Origin: Bugula neritina
Lineage: Eukaryota; Animalia; Bryozoa
NCBI GenBank assembly: GCA_964035545.1
Contig: OZ037770.1
Span: 13,568,642-13,632,641, forward strand
DNA length: 64,000 bases
Reading direction: 5' to 3'
Of this stretch, positions 1 to 11,537 are shown piece after piece. Numbering within the stretch: position 1 is the stretch's first letter; each line of letters starts with the position of its first letter. The position numbers were made by a program, and so were the translations under genes. The notes beneath the pieces are model-generated. The model was not told the origin of the DNA, ran no database searches, and saw only the letters and a program-made list of their open reading frames with translations.

Positions 1-3000
1 GCTATGGGCACCACAGAGTACCCATTCCGTACTGTGAAGTACACAAGTAGAGGTGAATCGAGTCGCTACTCAGGAATGTTGGTGTGAATTGGAAGGAAAC
101 AGGAAATTCAAATACAAAAGCGAGACAAATCTTCAGATGACATAAAATAATAAATAACAGAAAATCAACCCAAAAAAGATCTCTTCAAAGATGCCATTAA
201 TAAAGATAACAAACATGTTTTAGACATCATGGTGTTGTGTTATTGAAGCAGAGAAACCAGTTTCTATCTAAGAGAGCTGGAGTGTATCTCAACAAATGAA
301 ACACCATTATTAAAAGTTTCAACCAATAAAACGCTGAATAACAAACAATCAGCCAATAGAATAACAGAATAGTAATATGGGCACCAGTAAGATGAGGCCC
401 GGTGAACTCAAAGTCGTCGTCTTGGTCCCAGTGTTTGAGAGAGAGATTGGCCAATGGGGTGGCATTTGCAAACTCCAAGTTGGCAAAGTGCCAGTCTAAG
501 ATCTGTCTGTCTTTCATGGAGAGGTAAATGTCACTACAAGAGAATGGGGGCATTAATGCAACTGATTCTACATAGAATGATCATAATATATGTAATACAT
601 ACACACACGCACGCACGCACTCGCTCACATACACACACGCACGCACTCACTCACATACACACACGCACGCACTCACAAACAAGTATATATTCTTATGAAT
701 ATGTTAATAATAAGTTTACGCAGCAGCTAGACACTCTCTCTCACCTGGACACACTCTCTCTCACCTAGGTGGACACACTCTCACCTAGGTGGACACACTC
801 TCACCTAGGTGGACACACTCTCTCTCACCTAGGTGGACACACTCTCACCTGGACACATCTCTCACCTGGGTGGACTCTCTCTCACCTAGGTGGACACACT
901 CTCACCTGGGTGGACACACTCTCTCTCACCTGGGTGGGTTGGACTCCAGGGCCTGTATTTTACTCTCAATCTCCTTCTGCTTCTCCACCAGCTGGTTGTG
1001 TGTGGCCAGAGCTAAGTTGAGAAGTCTCGTCTTGTTCCTGAGATTAAACTCGAGGGAGACATCCTGGTTGCTAGATTGGGAGTTATCGTGTCGGCCGGAG
1101 TTACGCCTCGACTTGGCCAACAGCTCCGAATATTCCCGGTGGAGCTTCATCACTACAGCTTGGCGATCTTTCAGCTGCAAGACACGAAACTAGCGGCTAT
1201 AAGAGAAATGTTCCATATACATGACTACCTACTGTCTAGTTGATATAATATAATACAAACAAGAAGATATATACAGGAAGCAGCTGTGGTCTAGGGGTTG
1301 GAGTGTTTGCTTAGTAAACACTAAGTCATGGGTTCGAACCCCGACAAAGGCCATTGGTGATGTTAGGAAGAGCATCCAGTCATAATTGTTCCTGTGCCCC
1401 ATCTGAATAAGTCCTTGGCCCAATTTACCAAAAACTTTTTTCATCAGGGGTTTTCTCACAGGGATAGTGTTTATAAACTTGCATGAGTTTTTTATACATA
1501 CAATATAGTGTACGCAATATATCTGAACACAACTAGTGATGGTGTAACAACCTGATTGAGTGTTTGTTTAAGTTGTTCCTGCAGGTCAAGTATAGCTTTA
1601 TGGTATTCACACTGTTTCTCCAGTACTCTCTTCTCCTGGAGTCTAAATAGTAAACACAATATATACAGTATAGTGTATGTTTATATATAATAGTTAATAC
1701 AGTATATACAGTATAGTGTATGTTTATATATAATAGTAACCACAATATATACAGTATAGTGTATGTTTATATACAATAGTTAATACAGTATAATATATAC
1801 AATAACATATAATATTAAATACGGCATAATATATATTCATATATAATAATAAAATAATTTAACATATATACACACACGCATGAACGCACACACATATAGT
1901 AAACAAAAATAAATTGATATAGTTTTATATAATACATAAATGTATAGTAATAAATATAGTTAAATTTGATATACAAATATATAGTAAATATAATTATATA
2001 CTATATTATTATATAATAACACATCTTGGTATGATGAGTTATAACAAAATAAAATAAAATAAAATGTTCTCAAGTTTAAATAACTTGTATAACAGACTAT
2101 AGAGCATCTTATAATTTGGAACTATTACAATGTTACTTAAAATGCAGAAGATCCTTGAAACGTTGCATTAGAACAACCTCTGAGTAAAAAGGTTGGATAT
2201 TAAATTTCCCAAACACAAGAAAACAAATCCCATGATTAATAGAGACAAGTGAGAACACATCACACAAATCAGAACATAAACATTAGACTCACTCACTTGA
2301 TGACCAGCTCTAAAGCTACACCCAGTGTGAGGGGTTTATTGTTTACAAAGTTGAAGTCCATCTGATGTGACATATATGAGGTTGTCTCCAAAAGTCTGTT
2401 GAACTCACGCTCCATCATTTCATCTTTATCCTTAGCAACCTGCAACAAGATGCATGCACTTCCTTAGCAACCTGTAACAAGATGCATGCACTTCCTTAGC
2501 AACCTGTAACAAGATGCATGCACTTCCTTAGCAACCTGCAACAAGATGCATGCACTTCCTTAGCAACCTGTAACGAGATGCATGCACTTCCTTAGCAACC
2601 TGCAACAAGATGCATGCACTTCCTTAGCAACCTGTAACAAGATGCATGCACTTGCTTAGCAACCTGTAACAAGATGCATGCACTTCCTTAGCAACCTGAA
2701 ACAAGATGCATGCACTTCCTTAGTAACCTGTAACAAGATGCATGCACTTCCTTAGCAACCATTCAACTACTTCATAGAAACAGGTTCACAGAATTCCAGA
2801 TGGCAAAGAGATGTTTTCACTACAAGTTCTGCATAAATACATGGCACTATACACAAACACTTTGGAAAGGGAGAAAGGTGTTTCAGCTAAATAGTGTTAT
2901 ATTTGTTGCATAGCAACAAGAAAACATAGCGTCAGAATACGTACAGTGCTGCCTCCATTCTCGTAGAGTGGACACTTCTGTTTGATTTTGTGTAACTCGA

Positions 3001-6000
3001 TGTGAATCTGCTTAGTGAGGGTGGTGATAGGGTTACCCCCTAGTCCCGTCACCACCATAGCCCCGATATCTGCGAGATAGTTTCCCTTCCTGAAGGTCGC
3101 TATTCTCCCTCCAACCCTCTCCTAGATAACCAACAGGATAGATGTATGTACTAAAGACAGAACTCTGCCTACAGTACTCTGTATACATAAACTAGCCGAC
3201 CATCTAAATACTACCAGTTTAAAGGATCCCTGACACATTACATTTATTCAGTATTGAAATATTCATATATCTTATCTTATCTGTTTGAGGGCTGTATGTT
3301 TGAATAACACTTTTTATAATTGATTTTTCGCAAACACATCTTAAATTAATTTGAGATTTCTGATCACTTGCTTTCATTAGACTCTGAAGTTTGTGGTATT
3401 AGGCAAAACGAATTAATTGCTGACTTTCATTGCATGTTATTCTCAGCTGCTGCAACACACAGCTTAATGACTGAGGTAACTTCAAAGTTTAAGCTTCTAC
3501 AGACATAACTCAATGAAGATAGCAGCTGAATAATATCTTACTCTAGCCTCGAGCACTGAAACATTGAGACCAAATGATTGGAGTTGGCGGGCGGCTATCA
3601 GTCCGGATATACCCGCCCCGATCACTATGACACGGCCAGGGTTGAAGGTGATAGCGGTGAACTTCTTGTATACTCCAAAGTTAATGTAGCCGTGTCTTTG
3701 TAAGAAGGCGTGCACTCTCACTACGAGGCCTCCGTCACCTGCACCCAAACCAAGACAGTTTAGACAGAATAAGAATTTGGGCTACGGCAATTTTGATATA
3801 ACAAGTGCTTAGCAAAGTGAAGTAATATTTTTAAAAAATGCTTTTGAAATTCCTAAACTCGGCATTTATTGAAATTAGCCCATTAAGATCTATGCACGCT
3901 CAGCACTGGAGATGAACGTATCATGTAAATAAATAATTTGGCCATATGACAAAGTCAATAACTAATATAAAATATTAATAGAAAAAACATAACAACTAAT
4001 GATAACATTCAAGCTGCTTTACCTCTGAATTCTAAATAGAAAATGGGCATTAAAATACATGATAGAATAACTCCAATGTGAAGATATATTTCTTATATAG
4101 AAAGCACAACCCTGACAGTCACACATTGCCGTGATATCTAATGGTCTTCAGTAGCATAATATCCAACCACAGAGAGGCTTTCAAAAACTACTAAGCGTCA
4201 AAGTAAAATGTTAGACAAGTGAGATTTTATAATAAAGCCATTTTCATTGCATACAAGATCAAGCTGCATTGTGGAGAAAACTCCAAGTTACAGATCAAGT
4301 ATAAAATCATGACATTCCAGCATGCAAGGTAGTGGTATCTTCATATATTATTAATTAATTTTAATATACCATTAAATCATAAAGTACATAACACAATTAC
4401 ACAATTATTATTTCAGAGGTATATATCTTTTTACAATAACCTGAACAATTTTTAGAGATTTAAGCCATTCTAAAGAGAAATATGAATTAAACTGAGAATT
4501 AATTACTTCAATTTATCTACTAATCTCAGACTTCTTAAATAGTACAATACTCACTGTTGTAAGGAGGTTCAAGCAAGGGGAGACTATTCTCAACTGTTAC
4601 TTCCTGTCGCGGATTCTCAACCCACAATTGAAGCTATGAAAATAATATTATAGTCTTACTGGTTTGCAGTAGAAGGTAACTCCACTCAGTACGATAATAT
4701 ATCATGTGACTAAACACTTAGTGATACTTCATTAAAAAAACATTTTGGATATGCTATTAAAAACCACTGTGTGTGAAAATGCACTGTAAATTTATTTATA
4801 TCTAAAAGTGTTTAAATGCCAGAGATGTATGTAGAAGGTTTATTAAAAATTGTCAGTTATTTATGACTTTTCTGAACGAATAAGACAAGTTTTCAGTTAA
4901 TTGTTATATTGAAGAGCTAATATACTCGATATATTAAAAGGCATACGAACCAGTCTATTCCTTATATACAGATATATCTTAGTAGCAGCTTCACTGGCAA
5001 CAACGTCAGAGAAACACTGAGATTCCAAGGCTATCAATTTATCAGTAGGAAGACGACTCTGAAATGCTGCGCCGGCCAGACCTAAAATAAGCAGATGCCA
5101 GCTGGGAGAATCAAAAGGCGTAACAACTCATCTATAAATACCATTAAATAAATTGCCTTTCATACTTGTCTTTAGGTCAGAGTTCAGAAAAATTCAGGCC
5201 TTCTTTGTACTAATAAAAACATATAAGTAAATAAATCACGTTAGCATTATTTTCCCGATCGCAGGCAGAGAAATAGACCCTTTTCAGAGGTCCCCGATAT
5301 CCCCTTTACAATTAAGAGTTGTGGTCTCCCTCAGGGAATAGGTTGAATCTTTGTATAAAGAGCAAACTCATTAAAAATTTCAACTTTGGCTACTACTTAA
5401 AATTCTAATTATGCTATAGAATTGTTCTTTTAGGAGAGAGATATTTTGGTATAAGCACACATATTAGCAGTTCAAAAAAAAATAAAAATAGTTCTTTATG
5501 AAGAATTTTGAAGAAAATAAACTTGAAAGCATTGTTGAGGTTTTGATTACTGAGCAATGCTGATGTGGCACTTCAGCATTGTTTAGCAACCAAAACCACA
5601 GAAATGCTTTTAAGTTCATTTTGCTCAACAAATTTCATTTTGGGAGGACACAACTCTCAATTGTAAGGGGGACATTGAGGATCTCTGAAAAGAGTCTATT
5701 AGAGTTGCACAAAATACCTGTGGGGTCAATACGCTCCTGCTCTGCAATAATCTCTCTACTAATTTCACTTTCCTCGTGACTGATGACTTTTGGAGCTGCC
5801 AACGTCACATTATCAGAGTCATCGCCATTCTAAATATAATTACCTTCTAAATATAGTTACTTTCTAAATATAGCTACCTTCTAACTTACTGTGTAGCAAA
5901 GAAATTCAGTTTGATTGGTAGAAGGAGGAGCACTTGACCAATCAAGTGACTTGTTGCTGAGGAGAAAATATTTTGACTTATCAAACAAAATTCGAATATA

Positions 6001-6331
6001 TGAAGATTGTCATGTTTGTATGTGAATTGGGTATTGTCTCTGTAAGTAAATTCATGTTTTTAACTCGCAGGAAATTAGTTAATATTTTAGATAAATATAA
6101 TAGCAACACATTCTATTCGTCACATAGACTGTTGACAAACACATGCTGAAAGACAGCTTAAAATATGGTAACAATAATTCAAGAATCGAGAAAGCATAGT
6201 TAGAACTATAAGGAGCATTGCCTGCGTACCTTTGCTTTTCTTTTTCGAGAAGCACTACTTTTAGCACCTTCGTAGTTGCCTCCCACGTGTGGACTTGAAG
6301 TTCTTGAATCTAGTTTTCCAGGAGACGCCAT
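1..6331 (-). CDS. KDM1A: Lysine-specific histone demethylase 1A (LSD1): N-terminus, SWIRM, FAD amine-oxidase start and Tower domain; continues past the window's left edge
   Basis: Phase-compatible GT-AG exons: 6331-6230 (MASPGK...SRKRKAK), 5829-5718, 5081-4951 (GAAFQSRLP...YLYIRNRL), 4633-4555 (LQLWVENP...PPYN), 3738-3542 ([15 protein letters not shown]...[17 protein letters not shown]...LEAR), 3121-2945 ([30 protein letters not shown]), 2439-2297 ([15 protein letters not shown]), 1642-1552, 1174-930, 533-385 ([20 protein letters not shown]...[10 protein letters not shown]), 31-1 ([11 protein letters not shown]). These are signature LSD1 peptides. Confidence 0.97.
597..680. repeat. (CA)n/(CACG)n compound microsatellite in a KDM1A intron
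   Basis: acacacacgcacgcacgcac... visible directly. Confidence 0.9.
728..933. repeat. ~19-23 bp minisatellite containing the KDM1A 5' splice site
   Basis: Unit ggtggacacactct(ct)cacct(a/g). Its reverse complement contains AG|GTGAGAG, the donor of exon 1174-930. Confidence 0.9.
1279..1490 (+). mobile_element. tRNA-derived SINE (copy 1)
   Basis: A-box-like TGGTCTAGGGG and B-box GGTTCGAACCC, followed by a non-tRNA body (gttaggaagagcatccagtcataatt...cccatctgaataagtcctt) that is shared with the inverted copy at ~38205-38421. Confidence 0.8.
1646..1800. repeat. ~40 bp AT-rich tandem repeat abutting the acceptor of KDM1A exon 1642-1552
   Basis: Repeated atatacagtatagtgtatgtttatata(t/c)aatagt. Confidence 0.8.
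2431..2760. repeat. 32-bp minisatellite (~10 copies) containing the KDM1A 3' splice site
   Basis: Unit cttagcaacctg(c/t)aacaagatgcatgcacttc. Its reverse complement is ...cttgtt(g/a)cag|GTTGCTAAG, the acceptor plus the first 9 nt of exon 2439-2297. Confidence 0.95.
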
Positions 6332-7079
6332 CTGAGATTTCTAAAATTACAGTAGCATAAAGTATATTGATAGTCATAGTGATAATGACAATCATATTCA
6401 TAGTGATAATTATAATCAAACTAACTTTAAGGCTAATGCCAATGGTCATAACTCATAAATAATTATACACTGATAAGTAATTACTATTGCTATTAGTATT
6501 AGTATTAGTATAACACCAAGTCCAATATAAATAAGCATAACCTAACAAGTACAACTAGTACTACAAGTACTCAAGCACAAGCCTTAAGAGTTAAGTCTAA
6601 GCACAAAGCTCAAGGTTTAAACTTCAAACTTAAAGACATACTGATACTAATAGTAATAACTTCAACTTGTGTATAGTCAATGTTATATAATAATTTAGGT
6701 TATGTTGATTATTATTATAGTTATAATAATAATAAAAAATGAATACAGAACATAAACATCATAATCTAAATCATGTTATTAAGTTATTGTTGAACTTAAA
6801 ATTTATCATAATCATAGACTGATAATCATAATGATAATCATAATGATAATGTGATTAAAAAATGTTTTAGTTATTATATTTATAATAATAAATAATAACT
6901 AATGACTAATGAGTAATGACTAAACATTCAATTGCAGAATTAATTGAATCCTTGAAGCTAACGTGTCTAAACTAGCTTGTGGACTCTTGGTCTTTAAAGA
7001 GTCATTTATCCTAGATATTTTATATTAGTCATAGTGAATTGAGAAACATGTATTGTTAAAACTTTTCAAATCACGATTT

Positions 7080-7290
7080 TGCTAGTGCTGTCCATAACTT
7101 AGCTCGTGAGTGAAAAAATGTATCATACATATGATTAAATTATTGTAGCAATCAACTGCTAAAGTTCAATATTTCAAGAGAGCGGTTACAAACTAGCGAG
7201 CACTATATTTTATATAAAACATAGTTTCCGGTGACTGCATAATTTCTCCGGCTTCGACTCTGTGAGCAGCAATCTTGAAAGGGTGAGTCC
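7080..7290. promoter_or_regulatory. Putative bidirectional promoter between KDM1A (-) and the LRR gene (+)
   Basis: Local CpG enrichment in AT-rich DNA and an ETS-like CCGGAAA on the minus strand (tttccgg ~7224-7230), lying between divergent genes. Inferred only. Confidence 0.4.
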
Positions 7291-8295
7291 AAAATTTTAC
7301 AAAGATTTAATATAGTAAGGCCATACTCACAAATAATTCTTTTTGAAAACTGAAATCTTTTACTTTTAGTTCTTTCGAAAAAAATATTTGGAAATCTGGT
7401 TGATCTCACTAAAAGCATTATAATATAAATTGTTTATTAATAATTATATTAATATTTTTGTCGATTTTCACCTACTCATAGTCATAGTGATAGTTATACT
7501 ACTACTAGTACTAGTCTACTAGAAGTAGTACTACTATTGTACTACTACTACTAGTAGTAGTAGTAGTAGTAGTAGTAGCAGTAGTAGTGGCAGCAGGACT
7601 ACCTAGTTCTATCAGTATCTCATTTATGGGCTATGGTTACCGTTATGCAAATTCAAATTGTAATGGCTATGCCTATTGCCTATTGGCTATTGTCATTGTT
7701 TCAAGTTTATGTATTAATTATTTTATTGATATCATTATCATTAAAATTATGGCATTGACCAAAACTAAAAGCTATAAATATAGAAGTGGATTATTTATAA
7801 ACAATAACATTTAATTTACATTTTTCATATCTAATTTTTAGCAATAAATGCACTAAAGAGTTTGTATAATGGCAATAAAGTTGTATTTCATTTGTTTGTA
7901 ATAATCACTTATATTTAATTGTATAAACTTTAAAATAATTTTTTCACTTTGCTACTAAATACTAAGTCTAATAATTTTCATATTATTGAACGTTTTTAAC
8001 ATCATAATGTTTAAGTAGAGGTAATATTATGACTATCAATTATTATAACATTTAATTAATTGGCATTCTGTTTCTACAAGATTAAGATTTTTCACACGCT
8101 TGAGTCTTTCGTCTTAAATATGAATATTTTTCACTTTAAAACTTTTTGATCAAAGTAGGAGCTAACACTTGGCAATAACATGTTTTAACTGAAGCTACTA
8201 ATCAACTAGCTATTCATTTTTTGCACTTATTATTCTGAGTTGTTACTTGGATTGTTCCACTTTGTTATTGTAGATGACACTGACACATATCTAAA

Positions 8296-9518
8296 ATGTA
8301 CATTCGATTTCTCAAACACCCAAAGCAGTGGCCTTGGCAACAATGGTGTGTGTTTATTGTGATGACACTTTTCTTTGTATACGTCATTGTGGGAACTATT
8401 TTGCTCATTATTGAGTATGTTTCATTACCTGCTCAGCTGGCTAGCTTGGGTCACTCGTCTGGCTCAGCAGCCATTGAACGGCAAATTAGAAAAAATAGAG
8501 ACGGTCATATTCAAAGAAAACTGGAGCTTGCAAAGTCAAACAAGTCTCTCAGGTTTGAGTCTATTGAAAGTTATCACTCGTGGCTAGCCAAGAACACATG
8601 TAAAGAAATACAAGTTCTCACCATTGCCGATTCTCAACATGTAACAAAACGTCTCAAGTCGTCGGACATTTTAAGCGAGCATTCTTGTCGACTTCCTGTC
8701 ACCCTGCAGCAACTTCGTCTCCATGGCTTAGGTCTAGAGGTCAGTGTGTTATAAGTCTTTGCAACTTCCCTCTGCTTTTAGATTTCTTAATACTGGAAGG
8801 TTTATATTATTAGTATATAAATATTTTGAATATACCTTTACGAGTTAGCAATTTAATTATGAATAACTATACGAGAAACATTGTTGTACCAATATTTATG
8901 TTGTACCAATGGTACAACATAAATATTTTCGTTTTTATTGGGAGAATAAGCTAGTAAAAATTATGGCCAAAATTCATTAAAATTATTTTAAATATTTTTC
9001 AGACTATGGAGACGTTTTCAATTCAACAGCTGGCCGCTCTACAAGTCTTGTCTCTTCAGCGGAATAATTTAAGAATATTGAACACTGGAGAAGTACAGCC
9101 TCTTAAAAACCTACAAGTATTAGACTTACGGCATAATCAACTTGAGTTTGTCGACATGAACTTTCTTAATAAGTTGAGTTTACTGGACGTCAGTCATAAC
9201 CCCGTCACCTCAATCAACAATCTAGAAATTGGGGCTAACTCTCCTGGATCTATATTTTCATTTAAAAATACGACTTTAGAATCGATAGACTTCTGTTACA
9301 CTCACTTACCTAGAATACGTGAAACTTCCTACGCCAAAATATATGTCGGTGTTGGTCACACGATAAAGTGCACTTGTCCATTCCTGGCTCTGCAAGATTA
9401 TATAATAGGCAATGGGTGCATTCGGATGTCTGTGGAAGCAACCGAATGTGCTCAGGAGACACCCAATGATTGGTTGTGCTCGAAGATGCCGATTCGTAAA
9501 GATACGATCATCAATTAA
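8296..9518 (+). CDS. Leucine-rich repeat protein with an N-terminal signal anchor (~320 aa)
   Basis: Exon 8296-8739 (donor GAG|gtcagt) joins in phase 0 to exon 9003-9518 (tttttcag|ACT ATG). Hydrophobic segment CVFIVMTLFFVYVIVGTILLII; LxxLxLxxNxL repeats (LQVLSLQRNNL, LQVLDLRHNQL, LSLLDVSHNPV); LRRCT-like CTCPFLALQDY...C...C...C. Confidence 0.85.
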
Positions 9519-11537
9519 GGTCAAGTTATTCAACTGGAGTATTTATTAAATGCAGCACCGAAATCTAATTTATAGAAATTTTTGTAACAGTCAAGTTTTT
9601 CATTCTGTATATTCAAAAAGTAGACACAATCTATATTGTTCGATCTCAAATACTGAAATATTTAATTTTTTTAAATCTCTTTAATGTCAAGAAAAGTCTG
9701 ACATTTGGCTTTAGAGTAGTTTGAATCTTACTTGTTTTGTTCCTTTGCAGTTTTAAATCACATACTGGTACTAACTTATGATACGACATTCATTATAGTA
9801 GTATTAGCATTACTACTTGGTTTATACATAGTGGGAAGGAGTTGTCCTCACTTGTGACAACTGTGCCAGTACTCTCTTAGATACTTAGACCATAATCTTA
9901 TTGTAGTATAAATAGTGAAAAGACATCACTGCTATTAACGAAGCAACATGGTAAATCAAAAATGGTTGGAATTTTTCACTATAGTGCTATATTGTTAACA
10001 AAAGTAAAACTATATTTTTGTCATTGAAATTGAACTAAGTTAGAATTAAAGAAAATATAATTACTGAAAATCAATAATTTAATGTTGATATTATTGATTT
10101 AATCATTTTTATTGGCGTAGAAATTTTAGGGCAGCTTAGCATTGTCAACATTAGCTGGCTCCAAATTTTTTCACAATTAAATTAGTAGAAAATAACTTCA
10201 CAGAACTAGCTGATGTAACATTGTGAGTACAAAAGTGATTTACAAAACATTCTAATGCGTATTTCAAATAGTTCTATATTTTAGTAGATAGTAGTGTACA
10301 AAAATAGCATCGATATTTTCAAATCGATTTAGAAAAATCAATCAAAATCTTAGAAGACGAAAGACATGTAGCCCCTGGGAACAGTTATGTAGGGGGATCT
10401 GTTGACGAAAGAATCAGTGTTGGACTAATAATTACTCAACATAGTAACAAAATATCCTAAGAATACAACTAGAAAACTCCATACAAAACATAGTGAGTAA
10501 ATCAACACAACAAAAATAATTTATAATCTCAACATTGTGTACAAAACATTGGATTTAAATACTGAAATTGCCTAGTTTAAATTATTTGTATACGTTTAAG
10601 TGTCATGGCCAATGGTAGTCTGAGATGTAACAGCAGCAGGTTGTAACAGTAGTCTGAGTAAGGTGTGCATTCACTACCTACAGAAATATAATAAATACAA
10701 AATAGTGTTAGTGGGAGTTACCTTTCCATAATTTACTAAGTTTTAGAATAACTCAATAAAATGCAATATATCATAAAGCCTTCAAAAACATTTATTTAAT
10801 CATAATATTTATGAAGGCCTTGTGTACAATCCCAACTAATACAATCAAATACAGCGAGTTGCTGGAGTTATCTTCCCTGTGTCGCTTGCAGTTAATGCAG
10901 TTATGGATAGTGATTTGGCTATAATTAGCAGATTGCTACTACCGCAGAGGTGCACACCATTTCTTATATTAGGTCAGTTGAGATCTGTCACCGCATATTT
11001 TTGTTGAATCTGCTCAGCAACCAATAAAGTTGTTTACACAGTTCATAGTAAAAACTATTTTTAACAAGGGACAAACAACAGCATTGAAAAAATGCATTAC
11101 CATTCTAGATCTAAGAATAGAAATTTACTTTGGCTCTAAATACACAAAATTATTTACATATAAACAATTTCAAATTTGACAGAGTTTACAGCCCGTATCT
11201 ATACCACAATACACTAGTAGAGTCCTTTTGCTACTAATAGAAGTTAAGTTTCATAGTATTAAATAAATAACATTTCTATTCTGTTAAATTTCTATAAAAC
11301 TCACTAGTTTGGTGGAAAATTCGCAAGTATAATTTACATTTTCCTTGTCCTTTGTAATTTCTGTTACTCACAATCCTTGCCTTTCAGTTATATTCAATCA
11401 ACTCAAAGAGAAAAATCCCCCCCCTCCCCGGATAAATTAATTGTTGACTATTTAATAGCAGAACACAAATGTTTCAGACCAAATTTCACCGCCAGCTATT
11501 TCATAAACATAATACAACTTACAGGCCTGCCTCTGGT

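Noticed and set aside
454-1193. Plus-strand ORFs (HTHTH..., [15 protein letters not shown]...)
   Set aside because: Translations of a microsatellite and a minisatellite, antisense to KDM1A.
1283-1355. Possible functional tRNA gene
   Set aside because: The acceptor stem does not pair properly, and the sequence continues into a body shared with a second dispersed copy, so it is a SINE.
2431-2760. Regular ~32-bp repeats resembling a CRISPR array (also 728-933 and 60160-60390)
   Set aside because: The units are head-to-tail with no unique spacers, there are no cas genes, and the context is a eukaryotic intron.
5888-5957. Possible extra KDM1A N-terminal exon
   Set aside because: It has AG/GT boundaries, but its open frame is not phase-compatible with the flanking phase-0 junction, and exons 6230 and 5829 join cleanly without it.
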